NCBI GenBank assembly: GCA_965203805.1
Contig: OZ241917.1
Span: 1,664,001 to 1,728,000 of the forward strand
From: Candidatus Latescibacterota bacterium
Lineage (GTDB): Bacteria > Latescibacterota > UBA2968 > GCA-2709665
DNA: 64,000 nucleotides
Direction of reading: 5' to 3'
Shown here: positions 1 to 8,628 of the stretch, in pieces
Position numbering within the stretch: the stretch's first letter is position 1
How the letters are laid out: each line of letters opens with the position of its first letter
Made by a program: the position numbers and the translations under genes
The notes under the pieces: generated by a model
The model's input: the letters and a program-made list of their open reading frames with translations, nothing else
Databases searched by the model: none
What the model was told of the DNA's origin: nothing

Positions 1-422
1 CGTTGCACCGTTCGATAGGAGATGCTATCGACGATCTCCAAAGCCACGAGTTCATCGGCTAAAAGCTTCAGCGTCCACCGCTTACGTCCCTTTGGAGGTT
101 TACTGCAAGCCAACGCGATCAATCGGGCTTCCTTGGCGCCATCGAGCTTTCTTGGTGTGGGAGGATGCGCGCGCTTCTTTCGCTCGAGGGCTGAATCCAG
201 GCCCTCCATCACATAACGCTTCCGGATGCCCTCAACCGTTGACCGATTGAACGAAAAGGCCTCCGTGATCTGTCGATCCAACCAGGACGGACCCTCTGCA
301 TCGGCCTTGAGAAGCACGTGGGCGTGCCTGATTCGGAAGGCTTGTGTCTTGCCTTTGCTTACCAGATCCTGCAGTTGCTCGCGTTCTTCGGGACTCAGAC
401 GGACAATGTATTTCTTCGGCAT
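1..422 (-). CDS. IS630-family transposase, N-terminal HTH part (partial)
   Basis: Manual translation from ATG 422: MPKKYIVRLSPEEREQLQDLV...RHAHVLLKAD...KLDGAKEARLIALACSKPPKGRKRWTLKLLADELV, characteristic of IS630 OrfA; absent from the ORF track because it runs off the edge. Confidence 0.9.
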   Translation of the reverse strand, partial: MPKKYIVRLSPEEREQLQDLVSKGKTQAFRIRHAHVLLKADAEGPSWLDRQITEAFSFNRSTVEGIRKRYVMEGLDSALERKKRAHPPTPRKLDGAKEARLIALACSKPPKGRKRWTLKLLADELVALEIVDSISYRTVQ

Positions 423-496
423 GCCGATGGCTCCTTTGTCTTCAGGGGAGACATCGAACTATAAGCACGTGCAGTCTTAGAAGTCAATAGGTACTA
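1..496 (-). mobile_element. IS630-family insertion sequence, left part (runs off window start)
   Basis: Transposase N-terminus on the minus strand; element end reads TA|GTACCTATTGAC on the minus strand at a CTAG (494-497), typical of IS630 TA targets. Confidence 0.85.
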
Positions 497-712
497 GTCG
501 GACCCGATAGTTGCGTGCCAAGTGTCGCGATTTTCCCAATGTTGGAGAGCAAGGTAGGACCGAGTACCCGCGATACGCAGCAATCCTAACCCAAGGCAGC
601 CTGGCAGTCTCTCGAAGTGGGGAACGATCTCCTCACGGACGAGGTTGATTAGTTCCGACTCTTGTTGCCCGTCTTTCAGAGCCCAACGTTTGAAAGTGAT
701 GAATTCAGACAT
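494..712 (-). pseudogene. ABM/dimeric alpha-beta barrel protein cassette gene, truncated by IS630
   Basis: LPGCLGL...YLALQHWE pattern; its stop codon is created by the IS end (GAC TA|G). Confidence 0.6.
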
Positions 713-740
713 GGATGGGTAGGCGTGGTTTTAGAGTGGC

Positions 741-887
741 GGCTAACGTTCTTCAGGTTTACGACGCCCGCTGTCCCGAAGGGCTGGCGCGGCGTTTGCG
801 CTTCTCAGCAAACGACGTGACAGAAGCGGGTGTGCCCGAAGGGCCAAGCGGAACGAAGTGGAGCGCAGCGTAAACCTGATGTTAACC
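741..887 (-). repeat. attC-like site 1
   Basis: GGCTAAC-GTTCT-TCAGGTTTACG...CGTAAACCTGA-T-GTTAACC (+ strand), with an inner stem and nested hairpins. Confidence 0.85.
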
Positions 888-988
888 GATGGCGACGCGG
901 CCCCCTTCAGGGCGAAGCCCTCAACGGGGCCAACATACAGCGCACACTGTGACTCGGTTATACTGCCAAGGATTACGTCGTTCAATTG

Positions 989-1918
989 CTAACCGATATG
1001 AGTTCTAAACCAAGAGGGCGGTCCGTTCCCTCTAAAGTCATGCGAATCTATAGTCTCGGCGATACGTCGTTGCCACCAAACCAGCTGATCATGATATAAC
1101 AGATGCGCTCCCAGCAGACTTGCATGCTGATTCAAGGCCACAAACAGGTTATACCGCTGCCAGAAGGATGAGGAAATCGTTCCATCGCAGTATCCCGATA
1201 TTTGTCCACACGCAAAAGGAATACTGACTGGACACGTATATTTCGGTAGTTTGAAAAAGTCTTCAATGGGATCACCCCAGTCGCATCGATTAAAGTCAAT
1301 AACGTGTAGCTTACCGCCTTGGTCTATAATTATATTACCCGGATGGAAATCGTCATGCTGAAATCGAACAGGGCTTTCGTTAAGCATGATCAAGTGTTCC
1401 TCGATGTAGCGCTCGATTTCCTCCTGCTTGTAGAAGTGTAGGCCCTGATCGCGAGTCTCCTCAACCTTCCGTCTATACTTGGCTATTCTCCGTTTCGGCC
1501 AGTTATAGTCTGGATCTGGACAGGGTAAACTATGCAATTGCCGTAAAACTTGGCTAGCTTGCCATCCATGTTTGAACTGCTCAGACTCCGATAGCTGGGG
1601 GAGTAACTCCTCGGCACAGGTGCCGGGCAAATACGACACAACGGTAAAGCAATGCATATCATCCCGAGTAGTACCCCAGCAGATTGGTTTCGAACAAGGA
1701 ACCTTACGAGCATAGTGCAACTTCAAGAGATCGAATTCTCGTTGCCGTTTCTCTTTGAGCTTCAATGGACTAATCCGCAAGAGGAAGCATGGTCGTTCGA
1801 ATTCCCATAGAATGTATTTCTTATCTGGTGAAAATCCCCTTTTGAGAAACTCAACCCGATCGACTGATTTGAGCTGGGGGGTGATTGCGATAACTTCGTC
1901 GATGACTGATTGATGCAT
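989..1918 (-). CDS. Aminoglycoside phosphotransferase (APH)/choline kinase-fold protein, cassette
   Basis: GFSPDKKY N-lobe, HDDFHPGN Brenner motif, IDFNR, GDP.EDF. Confidence 0.85.
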   Translation of the reverse strand: MHQSVIDEVIAITPQLKSVDRVEFLKRGFSPDKKYILWEFERPCFLLRISPLKLKEKRQREFDLLKLHYARKVPCSKPICWGTTRDDMHCFTVVSYLPGTCAEELLPQLSESEQFKHGWQASQVLRQLHSLPCPDPDYNWPKRRIAKYRRKVEETRDQGLHFYKQEEIERYIEEHLIMLNESPVRFQHDDFHPGNIIIDQGGKLHVIDFNRCDWGDPIEDFFKLPKYTCPVSIPFACGQISGYCDGTISSSFWQRYNLFVALNQHASLLGAHLLYHDQLVWWQRRIAETIDSHDFRGNGPPSWFRTHIG

Positions 1919-2002
1919 TATCTAAGACCTCCTCGCTGTCAAGATGGCCTGCTTGTGCGCGATTACCGGGGTGGGGCGGTTGGGTCATCCTGCGCCGCTT
2001 TC

Positions 2003-2133
2003 GGTTAACGTCCTCACAATTGCCGAAGACGCCCTGTTTTTTTAGGGCGGCTTGGGTGAACATTGGCAGCCTTTTTGCGCCTTTGTCTTCTGCAAAACGG
2101 ATGACAATGTGAACTGGCAATTGTGTGTTACAC
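2003..2133 (-). repeat. attC-like site 2
   Basis: GGTTAAC-GTCCT-CACAATTGCC...GGCAATTGTG-T-GTTACAC. Confidence 0.85.
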
Positions 2134-2213
2134 GATGGCGGCCCTCCCCAATAGAGGCGAAGCCTACAAAGGGGAAGAATAAAGCGCGCATCTTCACAGT
2201 CTGGGTTTTGATC

Positions 2214-3023
2214 TTATGCCAACTTTTTCCCAATGTACAGAATGTGGGGAGACAGGTCCACAATTGCAGGCTCTGAAGCCGTCTTCAAGGTAAGATCCAT
2301 CCAACGTTGCCATCGGGCCTCATCGTTTCTGAGTTGATTGCAGGCTTCTTCCAGCCCTCCTGATAATCCCCCACATCCTGCCATTCCAACACTCACCAAC
2401 CCCGATGATTCTGCCAGTGCTCGAATTTCATCCGCCCGAAAAAAATGAACTGGAACGCCTCCTACCAGAATATCACCTTGCTTAACCAGTTCATCAAAGG
2501 ATGAGTCCAGAAGTCGCTCTTGAAAGTATTTAAACATATGTCGAAGCACAGCGAAATAACCACGCACCCCAAGGTATACAATGCCTTGAGTTTTGGTTAT
2601 CCGATTCAATTCCGAAACGACACTTCCTCTCTCCCCACTATCACAAATATAAGAAAGGGGATCAAGGCATAAAACAGCATCAAAATGGTTGGATTCAAAG
2701 CAAGACAGGTCCCGCACATCACCTACAATAAAATCCAACAGCCTATCTCGAACCTTCACTGGTTCTGATTGAACCTCGGATTTCGCCAGTTCTACGCATC
2801 CTTCAGAAATATCTAGAAGGACAACCTCATATCCTCGACGGCATAACTCAATCGAATAACGCCCAGGTCCTCCTCCTGCATCCAGTACTTTGCCAGTATC
2901 AGGAAGATACTTCAGAAGATGGTGCATTGTGACGTGGAACTCAATGGATTGAAAAGGCGTCTCTTCTAAACGTCTCCATTCTCCATGGGGATTCTCGTTA
3001 TAGATTTGGGCAACCGACTTCAT
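2214..3023 (-). CDS. Class I SAM-dependent methyltransferase, cassette
   Basis: VLDAGGGPGRY motif I, LLDIS, GDVRDL, FDAVL. Confidence 0.9.
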   Translation of the reverse strand: MKSVAQIYNENPHGEWRRLEETPFQSIEFHVTMHHLLKYLPDTGKVLDAGGGPGRYSIELCRRGYEVVLLDISEGCVELAKSEVQSEPVKVRDRLLDFIVGDVRDLSCFESNHFDAVLCLDPLSYICDSGERGSVVSELNRITKTQGIVYLGVRGYFAVLRHMFKYFQERLLDSSFDELVKQGDILVGGVPVHFFRADEIRALAESSGLVSVGMAGCGGLSGGLEEACNQLRNDEARWQRWMDLTLKTASEPAIVDLSPHILYIGKKLA

Positions 3024-3116
3024 GATAGGTACTCAATAGTGAAGGGCTATTGCATGGTCTCACGGATGTACCGGGTTTTGCGCGCTTTCAGGTTCTTTTT
3101 TTTGGGGGCCGCTTTC

Positions 3117-3200
3117 GTGTAACGTTCTCGCCGTGCCCGAACCGCGTAGCGGTTGCGCGAAGGGCCGAATGGCCCGAAGCCGGGCACGGACGTGTTATCT
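3117..3200 (-). repeat. attC-like site 3
   Basis: GTGTAAC-GTTCT-CG-CCGTGCCCG...CGGGCACGG-A-CG-T-GTTATCT. Confidence 0.9.
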
Positions 3201-3944
3201 GACGTGCGACGCGTCTGGTGTGATAGCCTGCGATCTTTGCGACCTGACCCACTGAGCAAGCAAGACAGGCAGGAAGCCATTCAGCCGACGCATCACATCC
3301 CTGGAATTCTCCACAAACACATCCCCGTGGCCGCCATAGGCATCGCCACCGTCCGGACCGACGAGATCCGTCACCCCACGTACGATGACGCAAGCAACGT
3401 CATTCCTGGAAGCGACCCATGCGATCGCGCCCGACTCCCAATCTGCGACAACCGCACCGTACCGGGCTCTCAAGTCCGCAAGATCATCAATGATCAGGTC
3501 TCGGTCCGCTGACAGCAACAGACTCCGAAACTCTCGGTCGTTCATGGGCTCCTGCATCCAGCTCAGGTCAAGCTCTGTGCGGTAAAAGTCAATCGCCTCG
3601 GCCGGATCCAACATCTGCTCCACGATGTCATACACCACGGTGGAAGTGGCGACGACGAACATCCCCTTCTCAACGTAGCCCTTGAATCCACCACAAGTGC
3701 CCAAGTTGATGATCAAGGCAGGCTTCCACCGATCCAGAACGTACTGCGTCGAGGCGGCGGCTGAAATCTTGCCCCAACCGCCCTGGAAGAAGACGAGAGG
3801 AATACTTCTGCCTCCCAAAGTAACCTCATGGCGAAACCACTCGCCAAAGGGCGACTGTGAGCAAATCGTGTTAGGATACAAGCTCCGCACAGCGACCCAC
3901 TCCGTATCAGCAGAAACAAGAACGATTACTTCACCCTCGGGCAT
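3195..3944 (-). CDS. MTA/SAH nucleosidase (PNP_UDP_1) family protein, cassette
   Basis: GGWGKISAAA, INLGTCGG, DWESGAIA, RGVTD; start moved to the ATG of MPEGEV; stop codon lies inside the R-box of site 3. Confidence 0.85.
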   Translation of the reverse strand: MPEGEVIVLVSADTEWVAVRSLYPNTICSQSPFGEWFRHEVTLGGRSIPLVFFQGGWGKISAAASTQYVLDRWKPALIINLGTCGGFKGYVEKGMFVVATSTVVYDIVEQMLDPAEAIDFYRTELDLSWMQEPMNDREFRSLLLSADRDLIIDDLADLRARYGAVVADWESGAIAWVASRNDVACVIVRGVTDLVGPDGGDAYGGHGDVFVENSRDVMRRLNGFLPVLLAQWVRSQRSQAITPDASHVR

Positions 3945-4018
3945 AGTGTCTCCTGCAAGAGCGACCCCAATAGGGTGCCCGAGCAACACGGCTCAGTCTT
4001 CTTTTGATTCCGCATGTC

Positions 4019-4102
4019 AGATAACGTTCCCGCCGTGCTCGAACCGCGAAGCGGTTGCGCGAAGGGCGAATTGGCCCGTAGCCGGGCACGGTCGTGTTAA
4101 GA
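4019..4102 (-). repeat. attC-like site 4
   Basis: AGATAAC GTTCC...GTTAAGA; near copy of site 3. Confidence 0.9.
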
Positions 4103-4822
4103 GAAGTGCGTCCAAGCCAATTTTTCGAGAACTTGCTTCAAATCAAACAAGGATCGGATAACGATTCCCGAGCTCACATGCACTTGACCGATTCGGTCGA
4201 TGAGCACGGGAATCATGTTCGCCCGTCTCGCCCCCAGACAGTCCCAAGTTGGATTGTCTCCGACAAACAGGCACTCTTCTGGTCTACATCCGAAATGACC
4301 TAATGCGCGACAAAACATAGGTTGGGCAGGCTTACGCCATCCTACATCTGAACAAAAAATAGCCACCTCGCATCGCTCCGATAGGCCATGTCGCTGCAGT
4401 TCTTCAAACCAAGGCTCGCTCGGTGCACCCCAAGGGCAGTTTGACAGGATTCCTATTCGGCAGCCATCCGACAGGAGCGCATCCAGAGCCGGAAGGGTGT
4501 CTTCATAGATCTTGGCAACAGAAAAGATTGGGCCGAGGAAGGCGCGACAGATCGGAAGCCACTCTTCCTCTGAAACGCCGCCTGCGACCGCGAAAATCCG
4601 ACCAAGCCTCTTGTGGAGTGGGCGAACGCGACTGTTCTTGGCTTCGTAGTTCTCCGCTGCGACACGACGCGCGATCTCAGAATCCGAAGGCAAGTCGTGT
4701 CCTGAACGACCCAATGCCTCTTTGGCTGCCTGAATCCCTTCCCGAAGCAATGGAGGAAACGCTTCCCTGCGATAGTACTGGACAAGGGTGTCGCCAAGGT
4801 CAAACAGCAGAACTGGTCTCAA
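4097..4822 (-). CDS. HAD-superfamily hydrolase, cassette
   Basis: FDLGDTL, LSN, KP, VGDNPTWD motifs; TTG start. Confidence 0.9.
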   Translation of the reverse strand: MRPVLLFDLGDTLVQYYRREAFPPLLREGIQAAKEALGRSGHDLPSDSEIARRVAAENYEAKNSRVRPLHKRLGRIFAVAGGVSEEEWLPICRAFLGPIFSVAKIYEDTLPALDALLSDGCRIGILSNCPWGAPSEPWFEELQRHGLSERCEVAIFCSDVGWRKPAQPMFCRALGHFGCRPEECLFVGDNPTWDCLGARRANMIPVLIDRIGQVHVSSGIVIRSLFDLKQVLEKLAWTHFS

Positions 4823-4856
4823 ACCTGAAAGTCCTATTCGAATCTTGAAGCATTTC

Positions 4857-4942
4857 TCTTAACGTTCCCGCCGTGCACGAACTGCTGAAGGCAGTTGCGC
4901 GAAGGGCCGAATGGCCCGGAGCCGTGCACGGACGTGTTATAG
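4857..4942 (-). repeat. attC-like site 5
   Basis: TCTTAAC GTTCC CGCCGTGCACG...CGTGCACGG-A-CG-T-GTTATAG; same family as sites 3 and 4. Confidence 0.9.
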
Positions 4943-5009
4943 GCTGTGCCTGGTTGGGGTTAACAGAAGCCAATCGCTCCAAACTATAAATTTCTCCGGG
5001 ACGTCCCAT

Positions 5010-5465
5010 TCAGTAATTAGCCTTTCCTCTGACCGTCCTGACCCGATTGAAGAGATGAGGCTGTATCTGTGGGTACGTCAGGTCTTCAGGAAGGTCCGAA
5101 AGAAAGGCAAGCTCTTGGATCTCGGATTGCAATTTCTCCGCCATTTCCGTCACCCTAGCGTAGTAGAGTCTCCCGTATTGGATGTTCCCGTCACGTTCCA
5201 CCGAGTACGTGCAGACCTCCCGAATCTCTGTGGCACGCGCTCCGGTTTCCTCGCGCAGTTCCCTCGTAGCAGCCGCCAAAGGTGTTTCCCCCGGCTCAAT
5301 GTGTCCACCAGGGATCTCCCAGCTTTCACGATCTCTATGTCTGCAAAAGATCCACCTTCCCCGAGTTTGCGCGGCAATCACCACGTAGGTTAGATTAGTA
5401 TCTGGGATGCTCTCCGAACTGTGGAACGAGACAGTCATTTGTTGATGTACCAACATTTCAGGCAT
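5010..5465 (-). CDS. NUDIX hydrolase, cassette
   Basis: Nudix box [23 protein letters not shown]; ATG directly follows GTTATAGGCA. Confidence 0.9.
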   Translation of the reverse strand: MPEMLVHQQMTVSFHSSESIPDTNLTYVVIAAQTRGRWIFCRHRDRESWEIPGGHIEPGETPLAAATRELREETGARATEIREVCTYSVERDGNIQYGRLYYARVTEMAEKLQSEIQELAFLSDLPEDLTYPQIQPHLFNRVRTVRGKANY

Positions 5466-5468
5466 TGC

Positions 5469-5555
5469 CTATAACGTTCTCGCGGGCTGCGAACCTGCGA
5501 AGCAGGTTGGGTCGGAGGCGCGAATGCGCCGCAGCCGCAGCCCGTCGTGTTATGT
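5469..5555 (-). repeat. attC-like site 6
   Basis: CTATAAC-GTTCT-CG-CGGGCTGCG...CGCAGCCCG-T-CG-T-GTTATGT. Confidence 0.9.
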
Positions 5556-5632
5556 GCAGTTGCAGCCCCGGTTACCGTCGGCCTTGCCACGGATGGCAAG
5601 GCCGAAAATGGACTGATACCTCAGAAATTCAA

Positions 5633-6406
5633 TCATGCTTTCTTCCTGCGAAATGCCAAAGCCGTTTCGTAGTGCTTGGTAATCGATCCTCCGTAGTTCC
5701 TGCCTATCAGGTCAGCGATACCGTCAAATAGGAGCGCGCGATTGTACTCGGGCAGCGCGATGTGGTCAGAGTAGGTTCCAAGGAGTTTGATGTACTGTTC
5801 CGCAGAGTAGTTTGCGCTCCAGGGATACACTCGGTGGATAGGATCGGAAAAAGCAGTAGTTCCGGGTTCCGGAGACTCTGACCTCGTCGGAGTACTGGGA
5901 TCCTGAGGGGAATCTGAAACTACATAATGCTTGGCATAAACTCCCTGGACTTCAGCAAAGAAACCTTCGTCTTTTCTTACATGTTGGTTAGAGAAGATGG
6001 CCAATGATCCCCTGGCCTTCAGGGTGTCACGGGCTCTGATGAATCTGACTCTTGGACTCACCCAGCGGAATGCAGTCGCGGAGATCACAAGGTCAAACTT
6101 GCTAGTCGAGTCCCAATCTTCGAAAGCACACAGGACGAAGCGAACGTTCTTGTAGTTGTTGAGTCGCGCCCTCGCAACCTCGATCAAATCGTGGCCAATA
6201 TCCAAACAGGTCATTTCGCAACCGAGGGTGGCAAATAATCTCGAAGCCTGTCCGGTTCCACATCCGACTTCCAGGATTTTTCCGCTTCTGTCCATTCCGG
6301 AGAGGTCCAAGACATCCCTGACAAGCTCATCAGGGTATCCGGGCCTCACTTCGTCATAGAGCGAGGCAATGGCATTGAAAGTGGTTTTGAGATCAGGGCG
6401 GGGCAC
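5633..6406 (-). CDS. Class I SAM-dependent methyltransferase, cassette
   Basis: YDEVRPGYP, ILEVGCGTGQ, FDLVISATAF. Confidence 0.9.
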   Translation of the reverse strand: MPRPDLKTTFNAIASLYDEVRPGYPDELVRDVLDLSGMDRSGKILEVGCGTGQASRLFATLGCEMTCLDIGHDLIEVARARLNNYKNVRFVLCAFEDWDSTSKFDLVISATAFRWVSPRVRFIRARDTLKARGSLAIFSNQHVRKDEGFFAEVQGVYAKHYVVSDSPQDPSTPTRSESPEPGTTAFSDPIHRVYPWSANYSAEQYIKLLGTYSDHIALPEYNRALLFDGIADLIGRNYGGSITKHYETALAFRRKKA

Positions 6407-6469
6407 TGGAAATTTCCATGATTTGGGCTTAGGCGGCGCGGGGAGGCGTCGCTCTGGGACTGCAATTTC

Positions 6470-6556
6470 ACATAACGTTCTCGCGGGCTGCGAACCTGCG
6501 AAGCAGGTTGGTGCGAAGGGGCGAAAGCCCAGAAGCCGCAGCCCGACGTGTTATAT
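6470..6556 (-). repeat. attC-like site 7
   Basis: ACATAAC...GTTATAT; near copy of site 6. Confidence 0.9.
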
Positions 6557-6571
6557 GCTGCCGTGGTCGTC

Positions 6572-7384
6572 TCAGTCCTTTGGCTTTTCACCTATGTAGA
6601 GTATGTGTCGAGAGGAAGCTACCATGCTTTGCTCTCCACTGATTTCGAATAGAAGGTTCAACCAAAGTTCTCTTTGCTTTCCCTCAAGTTTGTTGTAGCT
6701 CTCGTCGTCTGCAGAGATGGCTGGCTCGACGCCGGCGATCTTGAGTGTGCGGAATCCGACCGTCTCGTGCATGGGGGCCACCTCATTAAGACGTACGAAG
6801 TGACCTCGAAATCCCCCTTTTGGCGCACCGGCGGGGCGGCGGCCGTGCTGGACGAGTGACCTAACGTAATCCTGGTCCTCAATCCAGGAGGGATTCTCTA
6901 TGATAAGATTGCCGAGAACACCCAACCGAGAAAGCAGTGCTGAGAAGATCACTCCCCCAGGTTTGACGCAGGCGTACGCAGACTGCAAAGCTGCTGTTCG
7001 ATCAGCTTCGAGCACCAGGTGGTAGAGAGGTCCCATAAGGAGCACCGCATCGAAGTCGTGAAGCGGTACACCATCCAGCTTTCGGGCGTCAGCCGTCCGG
7101 AAGTCAATCTGACCAGATAGGCCGAGTTCTTCCGCCTTCGCATTGCAACGGGTAACATATTCATCAGCGAGATCGACAGCCGTTATCTGGTAGCCACGCT
7201 CCGCGAGGGCAAAGGTGTAGAACCCTGTCCCGAAGCCAATCTCCAGAAGCCGGCCAGTGGGTGGAAGGTGCAGATCCAAATAGCGCCAGATGATCTCACC
7301 CTCGAGTTGGTGGCGTTGTAGTCTGGTAGCCTCAATTTCTCAACCAGCATTGTACATCTCACGTATATCAGTCAAATCATCCAC
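6572..7384 (-). pseudogene. SAM-dependent methyltransferase cassette with in-frame TGA at codon 15
   Basis: GTG 7384 with GAGGA RBS gives MDDLTDIREMYNAG*EIEATRLQRHQLE, in frame with ORF 6572..7279 (LLEIGFGTG, FDAVLLMGPLYHL); TGA at 7340-7342. Confidence 0.75.
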
Positions 7385-7410
7385 GCGGTGTCCTCTTCGA
7401 CCACGGGTGC

Positions 7411-7505
7411 ATATGACGTTTCAGGATTGCAGACGCCTGCCGAAGGCAGGTGTGCCGTCAGGCCGGAGCGACTGAAGGGCGCGAAGCTGCAAACCGTTGT
7501 TATGG
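7411..7505 (-). repeat. attC-like site 8 with mutated core (GTC instead of GTT)
   Basis: ATATGAC-GTTTC-AGGATTGCAG...CTGCAAACCGT-T-GTTATGG; related to site 9. Confidence 0.8.
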
Positions 7506-7792
7506 GTCTGTGCCTCCCCCTTTCGTGAAGCAACGAACGTGCAGAGATTGCGCGCAAGCCTTCAGATTTCCCCCCGATGTCTCGATCGATTGAGCAATCA
7601 GCCTCAATCCGAAAAAAACAGCAACGCGGCGACGCGATAAAACCCTCCGAAACGGGGCGTTATCGACGTATAGAAGGACGTTTTTTCCCTACACGTCCAG
7701 TGACCTGATGTATCCTGGTAATCCGCCGTCTAATCGCCTTTATTTACAAGCACATATTCGAATTAATGTCCCCGAAGACTTACGAATCAAGG

Positions 7793-8476
7793 TCAGGCTT
7801 TGGTTGCAACGACCGCCAGCAGAGATGGGAGCGTGTCACCATCCAATTCGGCAACTGATTCGAGCCGCAAGTCAGCAGCGAGCAGTTTGTTGAAGAGTTC
7901 GGCAAGAGGAACGTGCCGGACACCCACCTTCGACCGAATGCCCTCACCCAATCCAGGACCTTCGAAAACTCGTGCTGTTTCCCGGTAACCCGGATGGATC
8001 TTGGCAATTCCCGTGTCTCTCTCGATGGTCGCAAATGGTCCCAGAAAACACGGATGTGTGCCCAGGATAACGAAACGCCCGTGACGATCCAGGACGCGGT
8101 GTGCTTCCGAGAAGAATGGCCCTACATCATCGAAATCAGTGAGTGTCAATACCGACACGACGCGTCGAAACGTGGCTGACGAGAAAGGCAGACTACGAGC
8201 ATTGGCTAGGACAACCCTCGGAGAGCGATCACTTGCCAGTCGAAGCTGGTCGGCTGAAAGGTCGACTCCAATCACGGACCAGCCAAGCGATTGCAGTAGC
8301 TGGAGATGCACACCTGTTCCGCAACCAATGTCCACACAGAGTCCGGAGCCGGGTCCAACCAAACGCGATAGATGAGCTGGGATGTTCTCGTAGAAAGGCA
8401 TCTTGAGATATTCATCGTACCACGTCGCCCAGCCGTCGTATCGGGCGCCATCCTGGTTGGAATTCAAGGAAGGCAT
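7793..8476 (-). CDS. Class I SAM-dependent methyltransferase
   Basis: VDIGCGTG, GVDLS, LPF, HPCF. Confidence 0.85.
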   Translation of the reverse strand: MPSLNSNQDGARYDGWATWYDEYLKMPFYENIPAHLSRLVGPGSGLCVDIGCGTGVHLQLLQSLGWSVIGVDLSADQLRLASDRSPRVVLANARSLPFSSATFRRVVSVLTLTDFDDVGPFFSEAHRVLDRHGRFVILGTHPCFLGPFATIERDTGIAKIHPGYRETARVFEGPGLGEGIRSKVGVRHVPLAELFNKLLAADLRLESVAELDGDTLPSLLAVVATKA

Positions 8477-8628
8477 AGTCTCCTTCGGATGAGTAGTCCG
8501 ACGACTTCCTGCCTGCTTCGCGTCGCCCTCCTCCGCCGTTATCGGCCGCTAAGATCGCCCAAAGCAGTCCCGTATGTGTGTCCATGAAGGGATCGTTCCA
8601 GTTACTGCCGCCAGGGAGACTCGACAGC

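Noticed and set aside
743-985. Short ORFs over attC sites (743..985, 2042..2263, 3047..3280, 4800..5009, 20221..20577)
   Set aside because: They are translations of GC-rich hairpins with no RBS or protein-like features.
7340-7342. Selenocysteine or recoded TGA in the methyltransferase
   Set aside because: Not a catalytic Cys position, no clear SECIS hairpin, other genes use TGA as stop; a nonsense mutation is simpler.
741-7505. CRISPR array or REP/BIME interpretation of the repeats
   Set aside because: Repeats are 84-147 bp, non-identical and separated by whole genes; no cas genes; the end complementarity fits cassettes.
7506-7792. ncRNA or promoter cassette in the 290-bp non-coding gap
   Set aside because: No convincing promoter, structure or matching cassette end found by eye; left unassigned.
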